64,000 nucleotides of DNA from Narcine bancroftii (Eukaryota). Shown here piece after piece: positions 12,901 through 24,371 of the stretch (positions within the stretch are counted from its first letter, which is position 1; every line of letters starts with the position of its first letter). The translations under genes were made by a program, and so were the position numbers. The stretch is from NCBI RefSeq assembly GCF_036971445.1, contig NC_091476.1, positions 155,992,001 through 156,056,000 on the forward strand. Reading direction: 5' to 3'. The notes beneath the pieces were generated by a model. It did no database searches, was not told where the DNA came from, and was given only the letters and a program-made list of their open reading frames with translations.

Positions 12901-15900
12901 TGAGTATTGAGGCACCATGGTTTAATGATTACTGTGCAGCGGCCCACGCATGGAGACGTGGACCGGCCCATAAAATGGCCAACAACCACGTGGACCTGGG
13001 GGTGATGCTGGCCATTGTCGCAAGTAATCTGCACGGCGGGAAGACGGCGAACTGTGGTGGGAACACCAACCAATCCCAGGCCAGCGCTCCGATGACGTGG
13101 TGGCCTGATTTCAGCGGCTGAGACCCATATAAACATGACGGGCAGTGCAATAAACCAGTCTCGACTTCAGTCAAGGCTTTGTGTTCTTCTCCATGCCCAC
13201 ATAGTATGAATGCTACAACTGCACACTCAATTGACTTAGAAATGTTTAAACAATGCTGTTTCTCTAAAATGGTGTTTTAAGTTGTTCATTCTGTATATGT
13301 GTTTTGATAGTAGTTGATGAATTGGATAATTAATGAAGCAATTGATGCACAATGCTATTTATTTGAATTGCTACCTTGAATATGAATTCTACATAAAATT
13401 ATTTGAGAGCAATAATATAGATATGGTGCATTTTGATGATCTAAAGGTTAGAGCCAGAGTGGGCAGAGGCAGCCTCTGACATCAAAGTGCAGACAGCTGG
13501 GAAGGTGAAATTGGCTGCCGTGGATGCTACAACTAACCAGATGTTGGCCAGTCGGTATGGGGTAAGTGGTAAGAGATCTAGGTTCTCAGCACTTATAATG
13601 TTTGAACAAATGGAAATTTTGCTGTTTAAAAATGTTAGAATTTTTAATGAAAGCAATATTAGAATTTTTAATGAAAGCAATATTTATTTTGATACAAGCA
13701 ATGTAGTTGAAAGAGCCATTAGTATGTTATCACCTATTGGATATTTTCATTGGAATTTATTATTTGATTTTTGGTAAAATTTATGTACATTTGAACAGAC
13801 TTGTTTATAATGAACCTCAACTGATTATATAAACCCATTATTTGTTTTCCTATTGTTTTAAGATGAATCAAAATTTATTGTCATGAAATTTGGTATTTTC
13901 TGGCAGCACATTTATATTATAACCATCTTACAACATAACTTGAAAAGTAAGGCAGTATCTTTGGTTCATTGATTATTTAGGAATCTGATGGCGGCGGGGA
14001 AGAAGCTGTCCTTGTGCCATTTAGTGTTCATCTTTAGGCTCCTGTTCCTCTTTCCTGATGGTAGCAGAGTGAAGAGGGCATGGTCTGGCTGGTGGGGGTC
14101 TTTGAGGATAGAGGCTGCTTTTTTAAGAGCCACCTTGCATAAATGTCTTCGATGGAGTGGAGTCTGGTGCCTGTGATGACACAGGCTGAGTTAACCTTCT
14201 GGAGTTAATTCTTGTTCTGAGAGTTGTCACCTCCATACCAGGCAGTGATGCAACATGATACACATGTTGAGATTTACGAGAGAATTCAGTGACATTGCTG
14301 AATCTCTTCAAACGCCTTACAAAGTATAGCTGCAGGCGTGCCGCCTTTGTGATTACATCAACTTGTAGGCTCCAGGACACATCCTTGGAGATGTTGATAC
14401 CCAAGAATTTGAAGTTCTTGACCATTACTGAGCCCTTGATGAGGACTGGGTTGTGTTCCCCTAACTTCCTCCTGAAGACAACAATCATCTCCTTGGTTTT
14501 GCTGACGTTGAGCACAAGGTTATTGTCATTACATCATTCAATGAGTTGATTTATCTCCCTCCTGGACGCTTCCTCATTGCTGTTTGTGATTCTGTTGACA
14601 ATTTTGGTGACGTGGGTAAACTTGTAGATGGCATTGGAATTGTGCCTGACCCCACAGTCATGGATAATGAGTAGATCAGTGGGCTAAGCATGCATCCTTG
14701 GGGTGCGCCTGTGTTGAGGAGGAGACATTTCTAATTTGTACTGACTGGTCTTCTGATGAGAAAGTCAAGGATCCAGTTGCAGAGGGGAGTACAGAGGCCT
14801 AGAGTTTGTAGCTTCTTGAACAGCACTGAGGGAATAATGGTATTGAAGGTCAAATTGTAGTCTATAAGAGCAGCCATAAGTATGAATTGCTGTTTTCAAG
14901 GTAATCCAGAGCTGAGTGAAGAACCAGTGTATTTGCTGTGGAGCGATTGTGACGATATGTGAATTTCAGTACATGTTATGACCAGCCCCTCAAAGCATTT
15001 TATCACAGTAGAAGTTAGTGTTATTGGGTGGTAGTTGTTGAGGTAATCCAGAGCTCTTGGTTACCGACCGGAATGATTGATGCCCTTTTGAAGCAGGTGG
15101 GAACCTCTGATTGCAGCAATGAAAGGTTGAAAATTTCTGTGAACACTCCGGCTAGTTGGTTGGTGCAGATTTTCAGTACCCTGCCAGGTACGCCGTCAGG
15201 GTCTAAGGCCTTGCGAGGTTTTAACCTAAAGTAATACATTTTTAATCTTAGATTCGTGGATATCCCACCATTAAGATATTTCACAAAGATGAAGATACTC
15301 CTATTGATTATGATGGTGGACGATCGAGAGGAGATTTTGTGGTTCGTGCTCTTGAATTGTTTGCTGAAAATGCTCCAGTTCCAGAACTGAAAGAGGTAAG
15401 GAGTAGGTAGGGAAGTACAACTAACTGTCTTGTTCCACCAAATTAGATCTCTGATCTATCTAGTTTGCAATTGTAATTACTTGAATTGGAATCGATATTT
15501 TTATAACACCCATGTAAATGTTAAGTGGTCAGAACAAAACTGCAGCAATTGTTCACTCTTGGAGTAGAAAGTAATGAAAAGGTGACCATCTTCAGAGCCA
15601 GACTCTGATCAAGAATAATGTTCATTGTTTATAGTTCAGGGCTTGCCTTCCTTTTGCAGGGAATGGAGTATAAAAGTGGGACCTTGTGATGCAGCTGTAC
15701 AGGGCTTTGGGGAGACTGTATGAGGAGAACTCTGTGTGGTTCTAGTATCCCAACAATGGGAAGGCTATCAGTTATTTGGAAGTGGTGCAGAGGAGATTAA
15801 CCATGATGTTACCAAGACTGGAGGGCTAAAGCTATATGAAGAGATTGGATACGTTTGGTCATTATTCCTTTGAGCATAGGTACTTAAGGAGTGACCTAGT

Positions 15901-18900
15901 TTTTTGAATCACGAAAGACAAAATAAAGTGAATGCTCAATTATTTTTTCCAGGGTAGAGAATTCTAGCACTAGAGGGCGTAGGTTCAAGGTGATAGTAGG
16001 GAGATTTAAGAGATGCCCAAGGGAAAAACTTTTCACTCAGGGGAGTTCATATCGGGAAAGAGCTGACAGAGAAAGCTAGAGAAATGGGTGCAATTACTGT
16101 GTTCAATGGACCAAGAGCAAGCAAATGGGAATAGCCCAAATAACCCAACTTGGTTAACATAGACGTTGGGCTGATTGGCCTGTTCCATATTGTATGGCTC
16201 TAGAAAAATCCAAAAACTGACCTCTGCATTTGCATAAATAAGATCCCAGATGTCAAAATGATAATGCAAGAGATTTTAAATAACATGAACACAAGGTAAG
16301 TCTGCAACAGAAGCAATTCAAATGTGTTATCCAATGTTTGAATTAAATTTTAAGTTGGATAACAACAAAGTCGTGATGAAATATATTAATGCATGAAAGT
16401 AAATTTTCTACTTGTTTTAATATAGATTACTGATGAAGATGTACTCAAGAAAACTTGTGATGACCATCAACTATGCATTGTTGCTGTATTACCACACATC
16501 TTGGACACTGGTGAGCTTCAGCTGTTCATATTATTTTATGATGGAGAATATTTAAAAAGTTTGAGCTGACACTTCAGTGTAACCCATTTTCTGAATCTGA
16601 AGATTGACGATTGAAGTTTAAGCATTAAAAGCTGATGGTTCTACATTGTGGAAATGTTGAATATTCAGATAAGAAAAAAAGATACCTCCATTGTTTACGC
16701 ATAAATTTTTTTTTTAAAAGAAATCTTGCAACATTGAGTCCAATTGTTTAGGATTTGACTATTTGTTTTATCTGTTTACAGGGGCGTCTGGGAGGAATGA
16801 TTATTTGAAAGTAATGAACGCTATGGGCAACAGATATAAAAAGAAGTTCTGGGGGTAAATAAAATTCAGATTTATGAATGTTGCAGTAGATAGCTAGATG
16901 ATGAATGCATGGATAATGTATATAAAAAAAAATTAAAAAAAATTTAAACATTTAAATAGAGGCATACCCTGTATAACATGGTTAATGTGTTCCAAGCAAG
17001 TTCAGTGCTATGGAAAACTGCACTGTTCAAAGCATTATGTGTTTCAATTCTATAAAAGGGATGTACAAAATTGATCTTTATTGGCAATAAGTAAACATCA
17101 TTTATTTAAAAAAAATATTTACACTAGAGAAAATGGAAGAATATCAGGTTATAAAATAAATATGGACAAAAGTGAGATGATGCCATTAACTAATTTTGAA
17201 TATGAAAGATACCAAAAAGGAAGTAAATTTAAATGGAACATGGATGGAATAAAATAACTTGGAATAGCAACTGACAATAACTTATAAAATCTGTAGAAAC
17301 TAATTTATCTTCTTGGAAAGCTAGAAAGGGACCTGCAGAAATGGAGAGACTTTCCAATCACTTTAGTGGGAATGTTTAATTGCGTCAAATTGAAAATGAT
17401 GCCAAAACTGCAGTATCTTTTTAAATGGCTGCCTATTCTGATACATAAAAACTTGTTTAAAACTACTAAATAATCATATTACAGTTCTTGTGGAATAATA
17501 AGGTACCAAGAATCGCACTGGAAAAACTGACATGGGACTATGGGCTGGGATATATATATATGTATACACTACTTAGCTGCAGAGGCTAGATTTCTGGCAG
17601 CCTTCTTCATTGAAGACATTTTCCCCCCCTCCCCTTGGATTCAGGTGGGAATGTACTCAATGGAGGAGGGGGAAGCAAAGGATTTTATCTATAAATGGAA
17701 TGTCATCACTAGAAAAAAAGACAGATAATCCCATACTAATACATTTGATTAGAACATGACAAGAAATTAATGAAAGTATAGGGGGGGAAAAAGTAGGGAA
17801 TCAGTAAAAGCACCACTGGAAAAAGGTATTATTGCCTATGAACATGAGCAATAGAATATTAAATTCATGGTATGACAAAGGTATAAGATATTAAGGACTG
17901 TTACATGGAAGAAACTCATGTCCTTTGAACAATTAGAACACAAATACGGAGTGGCCAGTCGGACCACCTTCTCTTTTCTCCAGTTTAGATCTTAAGAGAA
18001 AGATGGGAACCAACATTGACCGCACCTGAAATTAGTGAAACAGAATGAATGGGCTGGATGGGGAATACAGCCAAATTTGCAACAAAAATGTACTATGCTC
18101 TCCAGAGCAAAAGTGCAAAACCAGGATTACAGAGGTCAAGGGAAAGATGGGAGTCGGACTCGGGTGTGGTGATTTCAGAAAGAAATTGGTCCGATCGGTT
18201 TAAGGACAGCGTGACCTCAATTATAAATGCAACATATGGATTGGTTCAGTATAACTTTTTACACGAACTATATCTTACCCCACAGAAATTGCATCGATTA
18301 AAAGCAGAAATATCAGTTGTGTTTCAGATGTGGGACTGAGACATGAATTTTGTTTTAATTCTGCTACGTGATCATGCCCGAAGATGAGGCCATTTTGGCA
18401 AGACATCACAGAAAAATTGATCAGCATAACAGGAGTGGCCTTCATGGGTGACCCAGAGCTGTATCTACTAGGAAATTGTAATGGAGAGGCAGCGTATACC
18501 AAATAACAATTTCTAAAATGCTGGGTGCAGGAAAAGTCACCCTCGCAGTGACATCACTGTGTTGCCTTGGTCTTCTTACTTTTGTTCTGCTCCTCTCCTG
18601 TTCAGAGGACACACTACCTGCCAATCAAGGTCAAAGACTCGCCCCAAGCCAGCAAGGTGACCCTTATGATTGGCCCTCCTAAATCACCAGGTGCTGCAGT
18701 CCAGGCAGCCTACCCAGACTCAGCCCTGACCTTCACCCAAATGGCCCAGGTGAATATCCTCAGTTTACCCCTGCTGAAACCCTGCACTTGGCTTCAAGCC
18801 ATTGGTCACAGCAACCAAAGGGGCCCACATTGACCCTTACGATTGGCCCCCAGGTTTGTCTCCAGAACTATAAAGGACCACGTGCTCTTGTTTTGCTTTG

Positions 18901-21900
18901 TGGCATGTAAGTAGCACCTTTCACACTGGATTGGGGTGAGTCTCGAGGCTAGGTAGCAAGAGCCGTGTCCGTATCGGTCAAGGGGTAGGGGCACGTAATG
19001 TCACCTTGATCTGATTGTTGAATGTGTATGCTCTTGTAATTACCCCAGTTTCTCCCTTGTCATCCAAACCATATATTTACCTCCTGCGTATTGTATATGT
19101 AGGTTTGCTTAACCATATGACCCTGTTGTCTCATTTCCATCCCTGAAATAAAAGTATGCTTTATACCTGCACTTTGGTCTGGTTCTTAACCTATGGGACC
19201 TACACAAACCCGAACAACAGTAATTTTGTGGAAATGAGCAACAAATTGAATAAATTTCAAATCTTATTTATAAAAATAGCACTGGCTATAGCAAAAAAAA
19301 TATTGCAATCATTTGGAAGTCCGACTCCCCTCTACTTGTAACACAATGGACTGCGGAAGTAAATAGCTATATACCTATTGAAAAAAAATCACATGTTTAA
19401 AGAATAAATATGAAATTTTTATAAAGATCTGGTAGCCATACCTGGACTACATAGGGGCCCAAATACAGTAATAAGAAAAAGGTCAATAAATGCAACTATT
19501 ATGTATATTTAAATGAGATTTTCCCCAATTGCATTATATATATATTACATGTATATAAAAAAGTATACAAGCTCCTCTGATGGTGTACAGATTCATATGT
19601 ATGGAAGGGAGGGACTGTTTTTGTTGTTTATAAGAAAGTTCAATATAATTTGATACTGAAAAATTTATTGTATATCTTTGGGAAAAAAAACAAAAGAAAT
19701 TCCAAAAAATTAAGAATGTTTGTCTAATATAAATTTGTCAAGTTGCTCAAATGAGACTTTCACCAAAGTTAGATCACTACCACTGAAACTATGGGTCAGA
19801 AATTTCAAACAGCATTATCAAAACCTGCGCTTCTTGAAGCAGTGTTATACAGGGTATGCTTGTACATTAATAGTCTAGCTGAGCAGTTGCTATTTATTGT
19901 GTTCTCTAGAATTAAAAACCTGGGAATTTTTTTTTCTTTTATTCAGTTGGCTATGGACTGAAGCTGGTGCGCAAGCAGAACTTGAGGATTCTTTGGGTAT
20001 TGGCGGTTTTGGTTACCCAGCTATGGCTGCAATTAATGCCAGGAAAATGAAATACGCTCTGCTGAAAGGTTCTTTCAGTGAACAGGGCATCAATGAGTTT
20101 CTGAGGTAAATAGGCATATAATCGTGACATTGAATGTCAACAGTTTTGTGTCTGAAGGCTGGACTGATTCTGGTTTCTATAGATTATTGTCAATCTCTGC
20201 AGGGATGAATATAGGCTAAAGAATTGCTACTAATGATAAATTTGTCATATTTTGTATCATTGATGCTGCTACAAGCACTTTTTAGAACTGTTGCAGTGCA
20301 GAGTTCATATACCTGAGAAATACTCATACAGTTCTAGTGGAATAACTTGTCTCTTGCTCTTGTTTAGGTTCTTGTGGAGGGTTTTTAATTAGTTTTTTTT
20401 AAAAATAGGAATCCATTTTTTACTTGTCTACACTATAGCAACCCTAATTTCACAATTCTGGATCTTTGGTAATGTAGTTGCTCTTAGGAATATGCATGTA
20501 ATATAAGCTAGTCCTTGAATAATTCTCTAAAGTTCTGATTCTGTTCTTTATTGAAATTCTCATGTCTTTTATTAATTTAAAGGAGTGATCTAACCAAACT
20601 TTAACTGTTTTCTGACAGGGAGCTATCATTTGGGAGAGGTTCAACTTCTCCTGTCAAAGGAGCTGCATTCCCCAAAATTAACTTGGTAGATCCATGGGAT
20701 GGCAAGGATGGTCAGGTAAGTTGATAACTTGACGATCTATATTTAGATGACTATCTACTTTTAGATGAGAAGTTCATTCAATTTTCAGATATATCTGCAA
20801 ACCTACCCCTTGAGCTCTTTTATACTTTTAATTTTAAATGCACATGGCTGCACAAAAATTGCCAGGGGCTTTGACTACTGTGCCATCACATACCACAAAA
20901 AAGGTGAAACTTGAGATTGAGACCAAGTGTGTACTATTCTCAAATTAAGTTTCATAAGACAATTTGTTGAATTGAATTAAGTCTCCATTTGCAGGGTCTT
21001 CTCAACTCAAAGCTCTCTCCCCATGAGATTTTCTGGTTTTGGTTTATTCCTTGAAGGGCTCTGGTCTGAAATGATGGCAGTATATTTTTATCTCCTATGG
21101 ACACTGAAAAAACCAGCTGAGTTCCTCCAGCTTTTCACTGTGCTTTTACTACAATCACAGCATCTGCAGACTTTCAGGTTTCACTGTTTATTTCCTCTGG
21201 CACTTTTCAGATTGCGCTTGATGGGAATTTGATGTCATAGCAATCATAATTTTACCTTCTGAAAAGGGGGCTGATTCTGGGTTATTGTTTTTCCTTGTAA
21301 GTGTAGTCAAGCTTGGATAAGGGAGGGATTTTAGATTAATGTATTAATAACTTTTTCAGTTCACAGCTTGTTTAAAATTGAATGCATATTATAAGTTATC
21401 CATGTAGGAAGCAAATGTGACTATTTTTCAAACTTGTATGAATAGAAATTAAATATGGCTCCTAATTGATCAGTGCACAAATGAGAGAGGCAATTAAAAT
21501 AAAAACACAATGCTGGAGAAACTCCGCATGTCCAACAGTATACTTTGTTCTATAAAGATACATAAGCAACATTTTAGGCTTGAGCCTTTCAAGGTATGAG
21601 CAAAATGCAGGCAGGTATTTGAAACATTGCATATATATCTCTTCTCTATAAAGTATTTGGCACCTTCCTACATTTTATTATACCTTGATGAAGGGCTCAA
21701 ACCTGAAATGTTGGCTATGTATCTTTATCTTTGGTATATAAAGTACATTATTAACCTGCTGAATTTCTCAAGTATTGTTTTTTTTTACTTCAATCACAGT
21801 GTGCAGACTTTGTGTTTCTCTCCTGAGAGGCAATTAGTCTTTTCAACAATATGGCACAAACTGTCTTCGATAAACCCACTAACTTTCAGTTTCCTTGACT

Positions 21901-24371
21901 CTTCCCAAACTCTTCTGTAAGGATTCTATTATTTTCTCTCAATTCCTCGATAATCTGCTTCCAGGATGAGACCTTCCATTCTAGTTCATCTGAGTATGTT
22001 TTCTTCCTGAAAACTCTACTGCCATTAAACTCAGCCCTCATCTGCATCTCCTCCATTTTCTGCACACCTGCCATAGCCTCTTTCCCATTAACCCTCTTCA
22101 GACATAGCAAGGACTACATTGGAGAGACTGAACTCTGATTGAGAGATTATTTCTTTGAGCTCCTTTGCTGTGTCTTCTTTGGCTTGGCTTCGCGGTCGAA
22201 GATTTATGGAGGGGTAAATGTCCACGTCAGCTGAGGCTCGTTTGTAGCTGACAAGTCCGATGCGGGACAGGCAGACGCAGTTGCAGGGAAAAATTGGTTG
22301 GTTGGGTGTTGGGTTTTTCCTCCTTTGTCTTTTGTCAGTGAGGTGGGCTCTGCGGTCTTCTTCAAAGGAGGTTGCTGCCCGCCGAACTGTGAGGCGCCAA
22401 GATGCATGGTTTGAGGCGATATCAGCACACTGGCAGTGGTCAATGTGGCAGGCACCAAGAGATTTCTTTAGGCAGTCCTTGTACCTCTTCTTTGGTGCAC
22501 CTCTCATGGTGGCCAATGGAGAGCTCGCCATATAACACGATCTTGGGAAGGCGATGGTCCTCCATTCTGGAGACGTGACCTACCCAGCGCAGTTGGATCT
22601 TCAGCAGCGTGGATTCGATGCTGTCGGCCTCTGTCATCTCGAGTACTTCGATGTTTGGGATGAAGTCACTCCAGTGAATGTTGAGGATGGAGCGGAGACA
22701 ATGCTGGTGGAAGCGTTCTAAGAGCCGTAGGTGATGCCGGTAGAGGACCTATGATTCGGAGCCAAACAGGAGTGTAGGTATGACAACGGCTCTGTATACG
22801 CTAATTTTTGAGGTTTTTCAGTTGGTTTTTTTTCCAGACTCTTGTGTAGTCTTCCAAAGGTGCTATTTGCCTCGGCGAGTCTGTTGTCTATCTCGTTGTT
22901 GATCCTTGCATCAGATGAAATGGTGCAGCCGAGATAGGTAAACTGGTTGACCGTTTTGAGTTGTGTGCCCGATGAAGATGTAGGGGGGGCTGGCTGATGG
23001 AGGACCTCAGTTTTCTTCAGGCTGACTTCCAGGCCAAACATTTTTGCAGTTTCTGCAAAACTGAACGTCAAGCGCTGAAGAGCTGGCTCTGAATGGGTCT
23101 ACTGTCACAGCAAAGGACCTCCCAGTGGCCAACCATTACCATTTTAATTCTACACAGCCTTGTATTCCATCTCTGGAGTCTCCAACCAGACAGCATCAAT
23201 ATCAACCTCCAATTTCTGTAAATTCCCCCTTGCTCTTTCTCTACCCCTCGGTCTCCTTCCCTCCAGCTCCCCATCCCCTTTGTTTTATCACAGAGCTATC
23301 CTTTGCCCTCTCTTCCTATCACTCTTGGCTTTCTTTTCTGCCCTCTTGCCTGTTACCCTGTACTCTTCCTTCCTCCTCTCACTACCTTTTTATTCATGTG
23401 TCTACCTGCTTTTTTTTCCCCCAGATTCCTTATGAAGGGTTTGGACCCCAAAGGTTCATTGCCTTTTTACTTCCTATAGGTCTTGAGTTTCTCCAGCACT
23501 TTTGTGCACTGCTCTAGATCCAAGCAACTGCAGATTTTGTTTAATTACGTGGTACAAAATTGAATGGTTTATTGGTCAGCTATGAGAAGATTTGAGTAGG
23601 CATAGAATGGAAGTCATGAAGAGGGTTTCATTAGAAAATAGACTATTTGGATTTATGTTTTTGTTGTGGGACTCAAATTGGTACTTTTTTTCATTGTCTG
23701 GTTATGTGACAAAGTTGTCATTTTGTATACAAATCAGAATTTTTGGAGGATTTATTTGAGATTACTTTAATATTGGATCCAATTTTTTAAATGGGGAATA
23801 TTATAACTTTGACAAGGGATTTAAAAATGGATAAATTTCAATGTGAATTTATTCGTTTAGCTTTAGCAGTGACCAGGAAATGTATTGCGATTACATGGAA
23901 GAATGATATGGATTTGAATATTGGCATAATGTTTTGAAAGCTTGTGTTTGTTTGGAAAAGATTACATATAATTTACATAATTATTCTTTTTATGTGAAGA
24001 TGTGGTCTCCATATTTGAGACCTATGGGTTTGGAGGTATAATAGTTATTTTTGGTGCTTTGTTTTTTAAATTGTAAATGCTTGACCCATTCTACAGAAGT
24101 AATTGTTTTTTTTTAAATCCCTTGTTAGAGGGTTTTTATAGAGGGGTAAGGGGAGGGAGGTATAAGGTTTTTTTTGGGGGATTGGGGTTTTTGTATTTTT
24201 TGTGTTTATAAGTTAGTATTTTATTCATAAATAAAGTTATTTTTAAAAAAAAATAGACTATCTGAAGTTATCTCCAATCCTAATGCATTTAATCTTCCGC
24301 AGTTGCCGATAGAAGAAGACATTGATTTAAGTGACGTAGATCTTGATGATTATGATAAAGATGAGCTGTGA
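3952..24371 (+). CDS. PDIA6: Protein disulfide-isomerase A6 (P5/ERp5)-type gene, complete, 13 coding exons, 1344 nt = 447 aa
   Basis: Exons 3952-3994, 4918-5056, 7992-8049, 8563-8689, 9962-10065, 10931-11061, 13447-13561, 15252-15395, 16426-16510, 16782-16854, 19947-20105, 20619-20715, 24303-24371. All introns are GT-AG and phases join in frame. Signal peptide, two thioredoxin domains with APWCGHC, b domain, acidic tail and KDEL-stop. Confidence 0.95.
4918..5056 (+). CDS. PDIA6: PDIA6 exon 2
   Basis: [46 protein letters not shown]; tttgtag| acceptor, |gtaag donor. Confidence 0.92.
5120..5910 (-). mobile_element. Rex1/Babar-like LINE 3' fragment
   Basis: Antisense KFADNTT..., LNISKSKE... remnants; 3' UTR shared with the other copies (ccagaatttattgtcatgaac). 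Confidence 0.65.
6816..7365 (-). mobile_element. Rex1/Babar-like LINE 3' fragment
   Basis: ORF remnant [20 protein letters not shown]; tail ttcagatttattgtcagagtacat. Confidence 0.6.
7992..8049 (+). CDS. PDIA6: PDIA6 exon 3 (first CGHC site)
   Basis: [19 protein letters not shown]; ttcag| and |gttgt. Confidence 0.93.
8563..8689 (+). CDS. PDIA6: PDIA6 exon 4
   Basis: [42 protein letters not shown]; tgcag| and |gtaag. Confidence 0.95.
8800..9728 (-). mobile_element. Probable solo LTR (~930 bp)
   Basis: Starts TGTGACGG on the minus strand at 9728; non-coding; similar to the segment starting TGTAACAGAATA at 38709. Left boundary is uncertain. Confidence 0.4.
9962..10065 (+). CDS. PDIA6: PDIA6 exon 5
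   Basis: [35 protein letters not shown]; tgcag| and |gtaaa. Confidence 0.9.
10931..11061 (+). CDS. PDIA6: PDIA6 exon 6 (second CGHC site)
   Basis: [44 protein letters not shown]; tacag| and |gtaac. Confidence 0.94.
11502..11596 (-). mobile_element. Extremely 5'-truncated L1 (95 bp, 3' UTR plus polyA)
   Basis: 10-bp TSD ACCTGAAGAT (11492-11501 and 11597-11606); same 3' end as the L1 at 50451. Confidence 0.8.
12120..12830. mobile_element. CR1-like LINE 3' fragments, nested in both orientations
   Basis: actagaatttaggacatggcctcaagat... and antisense ctgctctgccattcaattagatcattgctgatct; CR1-type 3' end tggcctactcct. Confidence 0.55.
12935..13217 (+). mobile_element. Solo LTR of a Gypsy-type element (283 bp)
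   Basis: TGCAGC...GCTACA termini; 4-bp TSD ACTG (12931-12934 and 13218-13221); internal CCAAT, CATATAAA and AATAAA; CpG-rich relative to flanks. Confidence 0.8.
13447..13561 (+). CDS. PDIA6: PDIA6 exon 7
   Basis: [38 protein letters not shown]; taaag| and |gtaag. Confidence 0.93.
13862..15227 (-). mobile_element. Rex1/Babar-like LINE, RT region, 5'-truncated and degenerate
   Basis: [51 protein letters not shown]; [15 protein letters not shown]; [15 protein letters not shown]. Confidence 0.85.
15252..15395 (+). CDS. PDIA6: PDIA6 exon 8
   Basis: [48 protein letters not shown]; cttag| and |gtaag. Confidence 0.93.
15657..16205 (+). mobile_element. CR1-like LINE 3' fragment
   Basis: [17 protein letters not shown]...GDL remnants; typical CR1 3' end gggctgattggcctgttcc. 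Confidence 0.65.
16426..16510 (+). CDS. PDIA6: PDIA6 exon 9
   Basis: [28 protein letters not shown]; tatag| and |gtgag. Confidence 0.93.
16782..16854 (+). CDS. PDIA6: PDIA6 exon 10
   Basis: [25 protein letters not shown]; tacag| and |gtaaa. Confidence 0.92.
17130..19710 (+). mobile_element. Degenerate L1 (fish-type) ORF2 3' half plus 3' UTR, split by an LTR
   Basis: [48 protein letters not shown]; A-rich tail near 19700. Confidence 0.85.
18477..19219 (+). mobile_element. Solo LTR (743 bp) inserted into L1
   Basis: TGTAAT...AACAACA termini; 5-bp TSD GAAAT/GTAAT (one mismatch); AATAAA near 19147. Removing it restores the L1 reading frame LYLLGN|FVEMSNKLN. Confidence 0.7.
19947..20105 (+). 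CDS. PDIA6: PDIA6 exon 11
   Basis: [53 protein letters not shown]; ttcag| and |gtaaa. Confidence 0.95.
20619..20715 (+). CDS. PDIA6: PDIA6 exon 12
   Basis: [32 protein letters not shown]; gacag| and |gtaag. Confidence 0.94.
21500..21830. repeat. Head-to-head (foldback) pair of Penelope-derived terminal repeats
   Basis: tgctggagaaactc...ggcttgagccttt is inverted relative to ttgatgaagggctcaaacctgaaa...cctgctgaatttctc. Confidence 0.65.
21890..23540 (+). mobile_element. Penelope-like fragment (GIY-YIG remnant and terminal repeat) interrupted by an RTE
   Basis: YIGETE... at ~22116 continues as DLPVANH at ~23117 on the far side of the RTE. Confidence 0.55.
22173..23097 (-). mobile_element. RTE-clade LINE, 5'-truncated
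   Basis: [60 protein letters not shown]; 3' end cgaagccaagccaaagaaga. Confidence 0.9.
23647..24249 (+). mobile_element. 5'-truncated L1 3' end
   Basis: [18 protein letters not shown] remnant; polyA; 12-bp TSD AAAATAGACTAT (23635-23646 and 24250-24261). Confidence 0.8.
24303..24371 (+). CDS. PDIA6: PDIA6 exon 13 (last coding exon, KDEL)
   Basis: [25 protein letters not shown]; ccgcag| acceptor. Confidence 0.95.
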   Translation: MPIEEDIDLSDVDLDDYDKDEL

